A stretch of 36,189 bases of DNA, taken from the IMG/VR virus record IMGVR_UViG_3300045988_129036, positions 1-36,189 of that record; one strand, given 5' to 3'. Shown in pieces: positions 7,984 through 15,971 of the stretch (the first letter of the stretch is position 1; every line of letters begins with the position of its first letter). Under the pieces are notes generated by a model. It was not told the DNA's origin and searched no databases. It worked only from the letters and a program-made list of their open reading frames with translations. The position numbers and the translations under genes were made by a program. Origin of the DNA: a virus.

Positions 7984-8009
7984 AAACCCAAACCGAAAGG
8001 AGCCCGCAA

Positions 8010-8189
8010 ATGCTGGCACAGTACGAAATCCTCGAATCCCTCACCACCGCAGCACACGGCGAAATCGAACCCGCCGTTTTGGAAGCCGCGGCAACCGAAA
8101 TCTGGGAAAACAACGACTTCGAGACTATGGCCGACTTCGAGGCCTACACCGAAACCTGGGAAATCGTCGCAAAGCACGACGCTAAGTAA
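8010..8189 (+). CDS. 59-aa very acidic protein (paralogue of 6145..6324). Candidate anti-defence protein.
   Basis: ATG 8010 follows ccgaaaggagcc. About 15 D/E against 2 K. The ORF track gives a longer 7902 start, which is unlikely because it spans the promoter. Confidence 0.65.
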   Translation: MLAQYEILESLTTAAHGEIEPAVLEAAATEIWENNDFETMADFEAYTETWEIVAKHDAK

Positions 8190-8205
8190 CCCCTAACCAC
8201 ATAAC

Positions 8206-8234
8206 GCCCCGCCCGGCTAACCACCGGGCGGGGC
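8206..8234 (+). terminator. GC hairpin GCCCCGCCCGG-ctaacca-CCGGGCGGGGC with no U tract.
   Basis: 11-bp stem 17 nt after the stop. Confidence 0.45.
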
Positions 8235-8267
8235 ACCAAACCCCAAACCCGAAAGGAACAACACGAA

Positions 8268-8666
8268 ATGGCAATCTCTTACGCAGAGGCCAAAATCTGG
8301 AATGATGAACACCTCCCGATCTTGAACCGTATCGGTATCGTAACGGGCGTACGAGATGCCCCGTACAACAACCCCGGCGGTGCATCTGTCGAAATTGTCT
8401 ACACGGTACACGGCAGGATTAAGCGCGCGGCTGATCTAATGTCAAACGACCATAGCGAATTTGCCCTAGCCGTCGCCGAACGTCTGAAAGAATTTGCGGG
8501 TATCGGCGGCAAATACGAGCAGCAGGCCGCCGCCGTAATCAACGCCCTAACCGAACTCGACCGCGTACACCGCATTACCGAACTAGAGCATGAGGCAGAA
8601 GAGCACGAGCGCGCCGCTAGCAAGGCGTACAAGAAGATTAAGGCTCTCATCTCATTCAAGCCATAA
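8268..8666 (+). CDS. Hypothetical protein.
   Basis: SD cgaaaggaac. 132 aa. Confidence 0.6.
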   Translation: MAISYAEAKIWNDEHLPILNRIGIVTGVRDAPYNNPGGASVEIVYTVHGRIKRAADLMSNDHSEFALAVAERLKEFAGIGGKYEQQAAAVINALTELDRVHRITELEHEAEEHERAASKAYKKIKALISFKP

Positions 8667-8680
8667 CCAAGGAACAGAAC

Positions 8681-9160
8681 ATGCTAGAGGAAATCCTAAA
8701 CGCGTTCGACCCGCCCGCGTTCTTCACCACCGCCCCGCTCTGGACAGTATTCACGCTACCCGGCGCAGCAATGGGCATATTCACCACGATTAGCGCACTA
8801 GTGATAATGTGCCTAGTCTACCCATACAAGGACGCAGACCCCGATTACGAGTTTAGAGGCGTACTAGCCTGTGTAATCGCAGGTATAGGCGGCGCCCTGG
8901 TCTTCGTAACCGACATTATCGCCCTGGTCATGTTCTGGGACGGCGCGTTACACCCGGCGCTCACCGCTCACGGCGTAAACGGCAATAGCGCCCGTATCCT
9001 ATCCGACATGATCGCGATCATCACTAATACGGCGGCTTTTGCTGCACCCATCGCCGTGTGCGTAGAAATTTTTCGAGCTTTGGTGCGTCGAGAAGACCGC
9101 CGCGTTACCCGCCGTAGGTACCTGGAAGCCCGCGCCTTGGAGCGTGCAACCCGTGACTAA
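8681..9160 (+). CDS. Integral membrane protein (about 4 TM).
   Basis: SD aaggaac. Long hydrophobic helices. Confidence 0.55.
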   Translation: MLEEILNAFDPPAFFTTAPLWTVFTLPGAAMGIFTTISALVIMCLVYPYKDADPDYEFRGVLACVIAGIGGALVFVTDIIALVMFWDGALHPALTAHGVNGNSARILSDMIAIITNTAAFAAPIAVCVEIFRALVRREDRRVTRRRYLEARALERATRD

Positions 9161-9335
9161 ACGCCGTGACCGCAACCGCAAAGCGCGCTACCGTAAACGG
9201 GTCTACCGCTTCTACTGGAGCGACGCAGAAGAACACGCCGTTACGCGCATCATCGCCGCGCGAATCCTACGAGCGACCCAAACCGAGAGAGAGGAAACAC
9301 ACCATGAAACGCTACGAGCGCGAGGTGTTCGCTAA
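9153..9335 (+). CDS. Possible small, highly basic protein.
   Basis: Fills a 140-nt gap. KRRDRNRKARYRKRVYRFYW. Start uncertain (GTG 9144 or 9153). Confidence 0.25.
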   Translation: MTKRRDRNRKARYRKRVYRFYWSDAEEHAVTRIIAARILRATQTEREETHHETLRARGVR

Positions 9336-9750
9336 CGTACCCATCATGAGTACATACAACCAGTACACCGATAAAAACGACTTCCCGAACCACGGAATAA
9401 TTTACAGGGCACTACCCGACCAACTCATACGCGCCGCTTTCATGCTCACATGGAAAGCCGGGGCAAGCTGGAAAGAAGACCGCAACCGGACGATTCGAGA
9501 CGCACTAGCGGCTATCGACACAGCTAAAGCGGTGTACCCGTCCATGCGCATTAAGAAACCGCTAGCAAGTCAAGATGAGCAGCTGGATTATTTGCTAATG
9601 ATCGTAGAAGGCATCAATAACGCAGGCGACTTCAAGAGCAAGCACCAATACGGCGCATTGAAAGCTATTCTGTCCGCACAGAAGACCGGCGACATTGCCC
9701 ACCTGGGCGTTGCAGGCATGAACCTGTACGGCTGGGCAGGCGAACAATAA
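9304..9750 (+). CDS. Hypothetical protein.
   Basis: ATG 9304 follows gagagaggaaacac. The N-terminal extension from 9166 is low-complexity and unlikely. Confidence 0.6.
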   Translation: MKRYEREVFANVPIMSTYNQYTDKNDFPNHGIIYRALPDQLIRAAFMLTWKAGASWKEDRNRTIRDALAAIDTAKAVYPSMRIKKPLASQDEQLDYLLMIVEGINNAGDFKSKHQYGALKAILSAQKTGDIAHLGVAGMNLYGWAGEQ

Positions 9751-9775
9751 CCACCACCGAAAGGAACACCGAATC

Positions 9776-9871
9776 ATGCTAGGCACCATTTGCGAACGGT
9801 GCGGGGAACCGACCTACAACTACACGCCCGAATGCTTCGACTGCATGATGCGGGACAGTTGGACACCCTAA
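9776..9871 (+). CDS. 31-aa zinc-ribbon mini-protein (CxxC-x10-CxxC).
   Basis: ATG follows cgaaaggaacaccgaatc. MLGTICERCGEPTYNYTPECFDCMMRDSWTP. Not in the ORF track. Confidence 0.4.
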   Translation: MLGTICERCGEPTYNYTPECFDCMMRDSWTP

Positions 9872-9887
9872 CGAAAGGAACAACACC

Positions 9888-10235
9888 ATGAGCAAGATCA
9901 ATTACCACGCACAAACTTTCAGCCTTGACGCTCTCGACCTAGACCCCATCGAGAAGAACATCATCAAGAGCACCCTAAGCGGCTTGTATGGCGAGGATAC
10001 GCACTACACCGTATGGAAGCTCGCTAACGCCTGGTCTGTCTGTTTCATGCAGGACGGCGCATCAGACCTCGCAATCAACGAACACCTGGATGAGCCGGGC
10101 GACGCATGGCTAATTACCCGCGCTACTGACGAATCTAAGGCGCTGCACTTCTTCTATCTTGAAGACTCGACAGGTGAAGAATGGCTCAGGGGCGGCAAAG
10201 TCTATTTCTTCCGACGCAAGCGCACCAATGACTAG
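9888..10235 (+). CDS. Hypothetical protein.
   Basis: SD cgaaaggaacaacacc. 115 aa. Confidence 0.6.
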   Translation: MSKINYHAQTFSLDALDLDPIEKNIIKSTLSGLYGEDTHYTVWKLANAWSVCFMQDGASDLAINEHLDEPGDAWLITRATDESKALHFFYLEDSTGEEWLRGGKVYFFRRKRTND

Positions 10236-10458
10236 CGCCGTTTGCGCTCGCTGTGGATGCCCCGCCTCCGAGTACACGGCATCATGCAGGGCGTGCTATA
10301 TGCGCCGCCGGTACCGTGCCAGGGCACCGCAGAAACCCGCCGCTACCCGGCAACCCGTCTACACCGGGCGCGTTGCCGGGCGGGTACCCGCCCTAAACAA
10401 CCTAATCCCGAACAGTAAGGCCCCCAATGACCGAATATTCGCGCACCAAACTCTATGA
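10228..10458 (+). CDS. Putative zinc-ribbon protein (CARCGC...CRAC).
   Basis: ATG overlaps the upstream stop (ATGACTAG). Two CxxC pairs. Confidence 0.35.
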   Translation: MTSAVCARCGCPASEYTASCRACYMRRRYRARAPQKPAATRQPVYTGRVAGRVPALNNLIPNSKAPNDRIFAHQTL

Positions 10459-10636
10459 GCACCTTGACGCACTCCGCACAACCCTAGAAGAAGCCGTAGA
10501 CGCAGGCGATATCTACGAGACCCCCGCCCGTGCGCTCTGTGCTCAACTCTGGGAAATTGAGGAACACGCAAAGCTCAAAGAGCGCCTAACCGCCGCTTAC
10601 CACAAGCCCCGCAACCGCTGGAAAGGAAACCGATAA
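10427..10636 (+). CDS. Hypothetical protein.
   Basis: ORF of 69 aa. ATGA overlap with the downstream gene. Confidence 0.45.
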   Translation: MTEYSRTKLYEHLDALRTTLEEAVDAGDIYETPARALCAQLWEIEEHAKLKERLTAAYHKPRNRWKGNR

Positions 10637-11313
10637 TGACCGACAAGAAGACCGAAAAGGTAGTGTACGAGAACCCCGACGGGGAAATCTTCGACGTAGA
10701 CGGCGCGTTCAAGCGACACCCCGCAATCGCCCCCGGTAAAGCAAACATTGATTTGTGGGTGAAAGCAGAGCGACACAACGGGCTTTACTTCGAGCTTAGG
10801 CTCAGCTCTGGAACAATGGCCCGCCTTGTCCAGATCCTCAACGCCGCCCCGGTGGACGGCAACCCGCTAAACGCAATCGTGAACCTGTGGGGTGACACCA
10901 CCGTCTCCGAATGCGAACGAGAAGACATCTTGCATTTCCTCTCAGAGAATGGGTATGATGCCACGCTGGAAAACATCGCCGCCGGATACCTCTACACGGT
11001 AGATAACAAGCAGCCGCTAGAAATTGACGTAGTGGCCGACGAACGCAAGGAATACGCCGTAGCCCGCGTTCTCTCTAAGGTGATTAAAACCACCGTCGAT
11101 ACTGGCACCGGATATAACGGACTATCCTACGTTGCGCTACGAATCCCCGGTGAAAACGTGGTAATCGAGACCTTCAAGAACGAGCTAGGCGAACCCGCCG
11201 TTACTCTCACCATGAGCCTAAAATCCCTGAGCTACGTGACCGAGCTACTCATCGCCGGGCGGCTCGCGACTGAGGTAGCAGACGCACAAAAGAAGAAGCC
11301 ATTCAATGACTGA
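10636..11313 (+). CDS. Hypothetical protein.
   Basis: SD ggaaaggaaacc. 225 aa. Confidence 0.65.
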   Translation: MTDKKTEKVVYENPDGEIFDVDGAFKRHPAIAPGKANIDLWVKAERHNGLYFELRLSSGTMARLVQILNAAPVDGNPLNAIVNLWGDTTVSECEREDILHFLSENGYDATLENIAAGYLYTVDNKQPLEIDVVADERKEYAVARVLSKVIKTTVDTGTGYNGLSYVALRIPGENVVIETFKNELGEPAVTLTMSLKSLSYVTELLIAGRLATEVADAQKKKPFND

Positions 11314-11593
11314 CATGACCGAACTACGCGCCCGGCTAACCGACGCAATAACCCGCGCCGCCCGCGCAGGGAAAACCGACCCGGCGCAAGAGCTGCACGA
11401 AGCAATTATGAACGGCTTCCCCGCCGCCCCGCTAACCGCCCTTGAGGTTACGACCAAGACCGAGGCGCTACCTCAAACCCGAGGAAAGCCAGAGATCATA
11501 ACATGGGTAACCATTACCGCAACCACAAGCGTCGCCGGCGCCTACTACCTAGCAGAACTCGCTAACCAACTCTCAGAGAAAGGCAACCAATGA
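11306..11593 (+). CDS. Hypothetical protein, tandem paralogue A.
   Basis: Shares ELH..I..FPA.P......T.......T.T.T..V.GAYY with the next ORF. Confidence 0.55.
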   Translation: MTDMTELRARLTDAITRAARAGKTDPAQELHEAIMNGFPAAPLTALEVTTKTEALPQTRGKPEIITWVTITATTSVAGAYYLAELANQLSEKGNQ

Positions 11594-11868
11594 TAACCGG
11601 TGAAGACAACGCCCGCGTCATAAAGAAACTCACAAACGAGCGCAACCCCCTAAACGAACTACACAGAACCCTAATCCAAGCTTTCCCCGCAACACCCGGC
11701 GACATAAGCATCACCGGGGAAACCACCGCATACCCCGGCAAAGACGGCAAAGCAGAAGTACACGATAACGTAACCGTAACCATAAACACCACCGTCACCG
11801 GCGCGTACTACATCGCAGACACACTATACGAACTACTCCGCAAAGCGCGGGAAACCCACAGCAAATAA
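11590..11868 (+). CDS. Hypothetical protein, tandem paralogue B.
   Basis: ATGA overlap with paralogue A. Conserved C-terminal TVTGAYYIA motif. Confidence 0.55.
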   Translation: MITGEDNARVIKKLTNERNPLNELHRTLIQAFPATPGDISITGETTAYPGKDGKAEVHDNVTVTINTTVTGAYYIADTLYELLRKARETHSK

Positions 11869-11959
11869 GCTATACTAGACACGTAACATTCATACCGAAT
11901 GAATACGGCGTTGTTTCGAGTGGATCCTAGAACCACGAAACCCACACAGGATATTCCAT

Positions 11960-11993
11960 AGCCCCGGCGACCGATAACGTAGGAGCCGGGGCT
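11960..11993 (+). other. 9-bp GC hairpin AGCCCCGGC ... GCCGGGGCT at the early/late boundary.
   Basis: Direct reading. Preceded by two smaller inverted repeats, one containing GGATCC. Confidence 0.4.
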
Positions 11994-12017
11994 AACCCTT
12001 ACCCAAGAAGTGAGGCC

Positions 12018-12326
12018 ATGACCAACAAGCGAGATTCAAGGTACCGCGCAGCACAACAGCGATTCAAACGCTACGCCGCCGCACATAACCTACCCTGTAA
12101 CATCTGTGGACACCCCATAGATTACGCATTACCGCACAACGACGAATGGGGTAGCGTGAACATGGACGCGTTCGAGCTAGACCACCTATTCGCCGTAGCA
12201 ACACACAAAGAACTAGAACTAGACCCGGCGAACTTCCGCGCTACACATGCAGGGTGCAACCGCGCCAAAGGCAACAACCGACAGACCGCTAAAGCCAATC
12301 CCAACACCCGCGCCTGGGTACGGTAA
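12018..12326 (+). CDS. HNH endonuclease.
   Basis: CNICGHPIDY...ELDHLF...HAGCNRAKGNN gives the H-N-H catalytic spacing with Cys ligands. Sits immediately upstream of the terminase genes. Confidence 0.75.
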   Translation: MTNKRDSRYRAAQQRFKRYAAAHNLPCNICGHPIDYALPHNDEWGSVNMDAFELDHLFAVATHKELELDPANFRATHAGCNRAKGNNRQTAKANPNTRAWVR

Positions 12327-12496
12327 ACTAGAAACCGAACAAGAACACCCCAATAGAACACACATGCCAAAAGGGGTAGGGGCGGTAAAAAAATAGAACA
12401 CACCTTCGACACCCAAACCTGGGCGCAGTGTCAATCTCCCCCCGCTGGAATTTACCGGGCATCGCGCGCGCGATTATACAACATGTAGAGGTCTTG

Positions 12497-12874
12497 ATGA
12501 ATATTTGGCGTATCGGCATGGTGAAGACCGTGCAAGAATCTATCACCGCCGCCGTGAACGACGGCATTATCAAAAATGCGGATAGCGCTAAATGTGCGCT
12601 CGCTTTGAAGTATGCCGCCGCGCTGGATGAAGCCTACGATTTGTACAATAGCGACGGCGGCGACTTTGACCTATTGCTAAAGACTCTGAATATTGCAGGC
12701 CCTAACCTCAATAAGGCTTTGGACTCGCTGGGTTGCGCCCCGTATTCGCGTAAGGACATGCAGGCGCAGGCGACCGAGACCGACCGACTGGCTGAGCTTG
12801 TCGAGCAGCGCGGCAAGGACGACCCCGCGCTAGTTGCCCGTATCATGGCAGAGATTGAAGGCACGGATGAGTAA
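12497..12874 (+). CDS. Putative terminase small subunit.
   Basis: Position between HNH and TerL. ATG 12497 follows agagg. About 125 aa and helical. The ORF track offers an alternative GTG at 12428. Confidence 0.4.
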   Translation: MNIWRIGMVKTVQESITAAVNDGIIKNADSAKCALALKYAAALDEAYDLYNSDGGDFDLLLKTLNIAGPNLNKALDSLGCAPYSRKDMQAQATETDRLAELVEQRGKDDPALVARIMAEIEGTDE

Positions 12875-14462
12875 AGACTATTCCAAGTTGAAGGGTAAGG
12901 CGGTGCCCCGGCTGTGGACGCGGCCGCTTCGTGAGCTTACCCCGCTAACTACGTTCGGTTTCGAGGCTATCCGCTTTGCAGAGAATGATTTAGGGTTGCA
13001 GTTGCACCCGTGGCAGAAATGGTTTCTACTCCATTCGCTAGAGCTGGAGCCGGGCTATACGACGGGTGACGATTACCCTAAGCTACGATATAAAACCGTG
13101 GTGCTTCTTGTGTCTCGACAGAACGGAAAGTCGTTCATTCTTAGCGCCCGGCTTCTCTGGCGTATGTTCCTATGGAAGCAACGCCCCGGTCTGGACGCGC
13201 CGCTAATCCTGGGCACGGCGCATAAGCTGTCTCTAGCTGAGGAGATTCTAGACGCGGCGCACCGTACCGTGTCCCTGTCTGAGATTCACGAGCGCCTGGT
13301 TCAGAAATCCAATGTGAACGGCAACAAGTTTTTCAAGCTAGATAATGGCGCGCGCTGGAAGTGCGAGGCGGCATCAGATGACGGCGGGCGCGGTCTGTCG
13401 GTAACTGACCTAGCGTTTGATGAGCTTCGTCAGCAAAAGGACTGGAGCGCATGGGCGGCTATGACCAATACGACTAACGCGATTTGGTCTAGCCAGGTTA
13501 TCGCCGTGTCTAATGCTGGCGAGGCTAAAAGCGAGGTGTTGCGCTCGCTTAGGTCTAAAGCTCTTGAGGAGATAGAGGCGCGGGCGGCGGCAGAGAAACG
13601 CGGTGAAGAGTACGCGCCGGTTGATGCCTCACTGGGACTCTTCGAGTGGAGCGCGCCGGATGATTGCGACATTTGGGATACCGCCGGGTGGTGCCAGGCT
13701 AACCCGTCCCTGGGTTACCCTAACGCGATTACGGGTGACATGCTCGCATCGAAGGCGGCGCTAGTCGGTGAACCCGGCGCGGGTCTACCGGAACACAAAT
13801 TCAGGACTGAGAATCTTTGCCAGTGGGTGAACGTCACGGCGGACTCGCTGTTCAGCTCCGAGGAATTGGAAGCGTGTCTAGACCCTGAATCTATGATCGC
13901 ACCGGATAGCCCGGTGTATCTTTCTGTGGACGTTTCGCGTGACCGCAAGATGACAAGCCTATCAATCGCTGGTTTTCGGGACGACGGCAAACCACACGTT
14001 GAGTTCGTGACTCAACGAGCCTTTACCGAGTGGGTACCGGAATTTTTGGCTAATGGGCTTGCGTTCAAGCCCGCCGCCGTGATTATGCAGGGGCGCGGCT
14101 GTGCTGCATCGTCGCTAATCCCGTTCATTGAACAGGCTGGTACGCCGGTTGTTCGGTGTGAGGGCGGCGACCTCCCCAATGCCTACGGCTTGTTCTATGA
14201 CCGGGTGATGGAGAAGTCGGTTTCTTGGATTGAGCAGGAAACCCTAATAGGCGCGCTCTCAGAGATTCGCACCAAATCGACCGGCGACGCATTTTTGTTC
14301 AATCGCGAAAAATCCCCGGTGGACATTGCCCCGGCGTGCGCCGCCGCTTTCGCCCTATGGGGTTTGCTGAACACGGTTGCAGGGGCGAAAAAAGAAAGTG
14401 CGTATAATGAAGCTGAAATGTGGTATAAGCAAGAAGAAGATGAAGGGGGTAAATGGTGGTAG
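12867..14462 (+). CDS. Terminase large subunit.
   Basis: ATG 12867 follows gaagg. Walker A-like VSRQNGKS. Size and position fit. Confidence 0.85.
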   Translation: MSKDYSKLKGKAVPRLWTRPLRELTPLTTFGFEAIRFAENDLGLQLHPWQKWFLLHSLELEPGYTTGDDYPKLRYKTVVLLVSRQNGKSFILSARLLWRMFLWKQRPGLDAPLILGTAHKLSLAEEILDAAHRTVSLSEIHERLVQKSNVNGNKFFKLDNGARWKCEAASDDGGRGLSVTDLAFDELRQQKDWSAWAAMTNTTNAIWSSQVIAVSNAGEAKSEVLRSLRSKALEEIEARAAAEKRGEEYAPVDASLGLFEWSAPDDCDIWDTAGWCQANPSLGYPNAITGDMLASKAALVGEPGAGLPEHKFRTENLCQWVNVTADSLFSSEELEACLDPESMIAPDSPVYLSVDVSRDRKMTSLSIAGFRDDGKPHVEFVTQRAFTEWVPEFLANGLAFKPAAVIMQGRGCAASSLIPFIEQAGTPVVRCEGGDLPNAYGLFYDRVMEKSVSWIEQETLIGALSEIRTKSTGDAFLFNREKSPVDIAPACAAAFALWGLLNTVAGAKKESAYNEAEMWYKQEEDEGGKWW

Positions 14463-15970
14463 CGCCTGGTATTAGTAATATCGGTCATATTATCGTTGAT
14501 GCTTTCCGCTCGCGTACCCCGCGTACGGCGGCGGCCTGGGACGGGCGACCGGTTGATATTTTCGTGAACGGCGGCGGCGGCTCTGATAATGTGTCGCCGC
14601 AAAACGCAAGCTATGAATCAATGTACCGGTATCAGCCGCACCTCCGAACCGCTATTGACTTCTTGGCTTCCAACATTGCGCAGCTCTCGATTCATTCGTT
14701 TAAGCGCGGCGGTGATGGTTCGCGCTCGCGTGAAACCGAGTCGCTGGCACACGCGCGCCTGTCGGTGAACCCGAACCGGTACATGACCGCCTATGAATTA
14801 ATCTACTCGCTGGTTGCTGATACGGCGCTGTACAACCGGGCGTATTGGTTTTTTGCACCCGGTGAAGATGGACGCACGGAAATTCACCCGTTCCCGGCGG
14901 GCTGGGTTTCCCCGGTTTTTGCGGACTTCTCGACGGTGGATTACTACTCCGTGAAGGTTCCCGGCGGTTCCGAGGAGCTGAAAATCTCCCCTGAAAATTG
15001 TGTAGCTTTCAACGGCTGGAGTCCGGGGCTAACGTCCCCGTCGTCACCGGTGGATTCTTTGCGCCTTGTGCTGGAAGAGAATTACCATTCGCGAAAATAT
15101 CGCGTTCAATTTTGGCGTAATCATGGCCGCGTGGGTACCTACCTTTCCCGCCCGGTGAACGCTCCCGATTGGGATAATACGGCGCGCCGCCGCTTCTACA
15201 GCATGTGGGAAGATTTCACGTCGGATACTGGCCCGCGTGCTGGTTCTACCCCACTTCTCGAAGACGGCATCGAAATTAAGAGCAATTCCTTTAAGAGCGC
15301 AGATGAGGAATGGGCAGACTCTGTGCGTCTGGGCTTGCAGACGGTGGCACAGGTCTATCAGATCCCGCCGGGCATGATTGGTGCAGACTCAACCGAGACA
15401 TACGGCGGCTTGAAAGAGCGTAACCGCATGTTGTTCAAGAACACGCTAGGCGCTCGCATTCGCTTTATCGAAGACCGCATCAATGCGTTTGTGCTCCCTA
15501 TCCTGGGCATTGATAACACGGAATTTTTCGTAGAGTTCAACACCGAAGGAATGCTACGCGGCGACTTCGAGACGCAGGCCGCTATCATGTCCACGGCGAC
15601 CGGGGGCGCGTGGATGACTCGCAATGAATCACGCGCGCTAATGAACCTACCGCCGCTTGACATGCCAGATGCTGATGAGCTGATTACCCCGCTAAATGTG
15701 GTAGTAGGTGGGCAGACCTCACCGCAAGACGGTGGCACCGCTTTTCAGGGCGGCGGCAAAAACCGAGCGGTCATTCTAAAATTCCTAGAGCGGTGCGACC
15801 GCATCAAGACCGCGCGCGGCATTGATGATATGCCCTGGGATAGGCTCACCCGTGAGCTGACTGATGACCTGGACGGTAACACAGAATTTGCTAAGGACAT
15901 TACCGACGTGCTCGCTAAGATGCAGGGCGGCGCTTTCGTGGACATGATTACCGCATTTGAGGAGAAATAG
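14453..15970 (+). CDS. Portal protein.
   Basis: About 500 aa directly after TerL with a 10-nt overlap. SD gaaggggg. Confidence 0.8.
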   Translation: MVVAPGISNIGHIIVDAFRSRTPRTAAAWDGRPVDIFVNGGGGSDNVSPQNASYESMYRYQPHLRTAIDFLASNIAQLSIHSFKRGGDGSRSRETESLAHARLSVNPNRYMTAYELIYSLVADTALYNRAYWFFAPGEDGRTEIHPFPAGWVSPVFADFSTVDYYSVKVPGGSEELKISPENCVAFNGWSPGLTSPSSPVDSLRLVLEENYHSRKYRVQFWRNHGRVGTYLSRPVNAPDWDNTARRRFYSMWEDFTSDTGPRAGSTPLLEDGIEIKSNSFKSADEEWADSVRLGLQTVAQVYQIPPGMIGADSTETYGGLKERNRMLFKNTLGARIRFIEDRINAFVLPILGIDNTEFFVEFNTEGMLRGDFETQAAIMSTATGGAWMTRNESRALMNLPPLDMPDADELITPLNVVVGGQTSPQDGGTAFQGGGKNRAVILKFLERCDRIKTARGIDDMPWDRLTRELTDDLDGNTEFAKDITDVLAKMQGGAFVDMITAFEEK

Positions 15971-15971
15971 A

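Noticed and set aside
7902-8009. Upstream extension of the 8010..8189 ORF to 7902.
   Set aside because: It would run through the promoter and leader hairpin. ATG 8010 has the conserved ccgaaagga SD and makes a 59-aa protein that matches the paralogue at 6145.
9166-9303. N-terminal extension of the 9166..9750 ORF.
   Set aside because: The extension is low-complexity (T/A/S/P/R-rich) with no RBS. A strong early-type SD precedes the internal ATG at 9304.
11869-12017. Possible tRNA in the 149-bp spacer, also looked for in 34092-34238.
   Set aside because: No GTTCRA T-loop or cloverleaf could be constructed. The hairpins are simple inverted repeats.
12834-12866. TTG start at 12834 for the terminase large subunit, and the 4125 start for recT.
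   Set aside because: The internal ATG 12867 and GTG 4284 have proper SDs and avoid long overlaps with upstream genes. The longer versions add residues encoded over the neighbouring gene or terminator hairpin.
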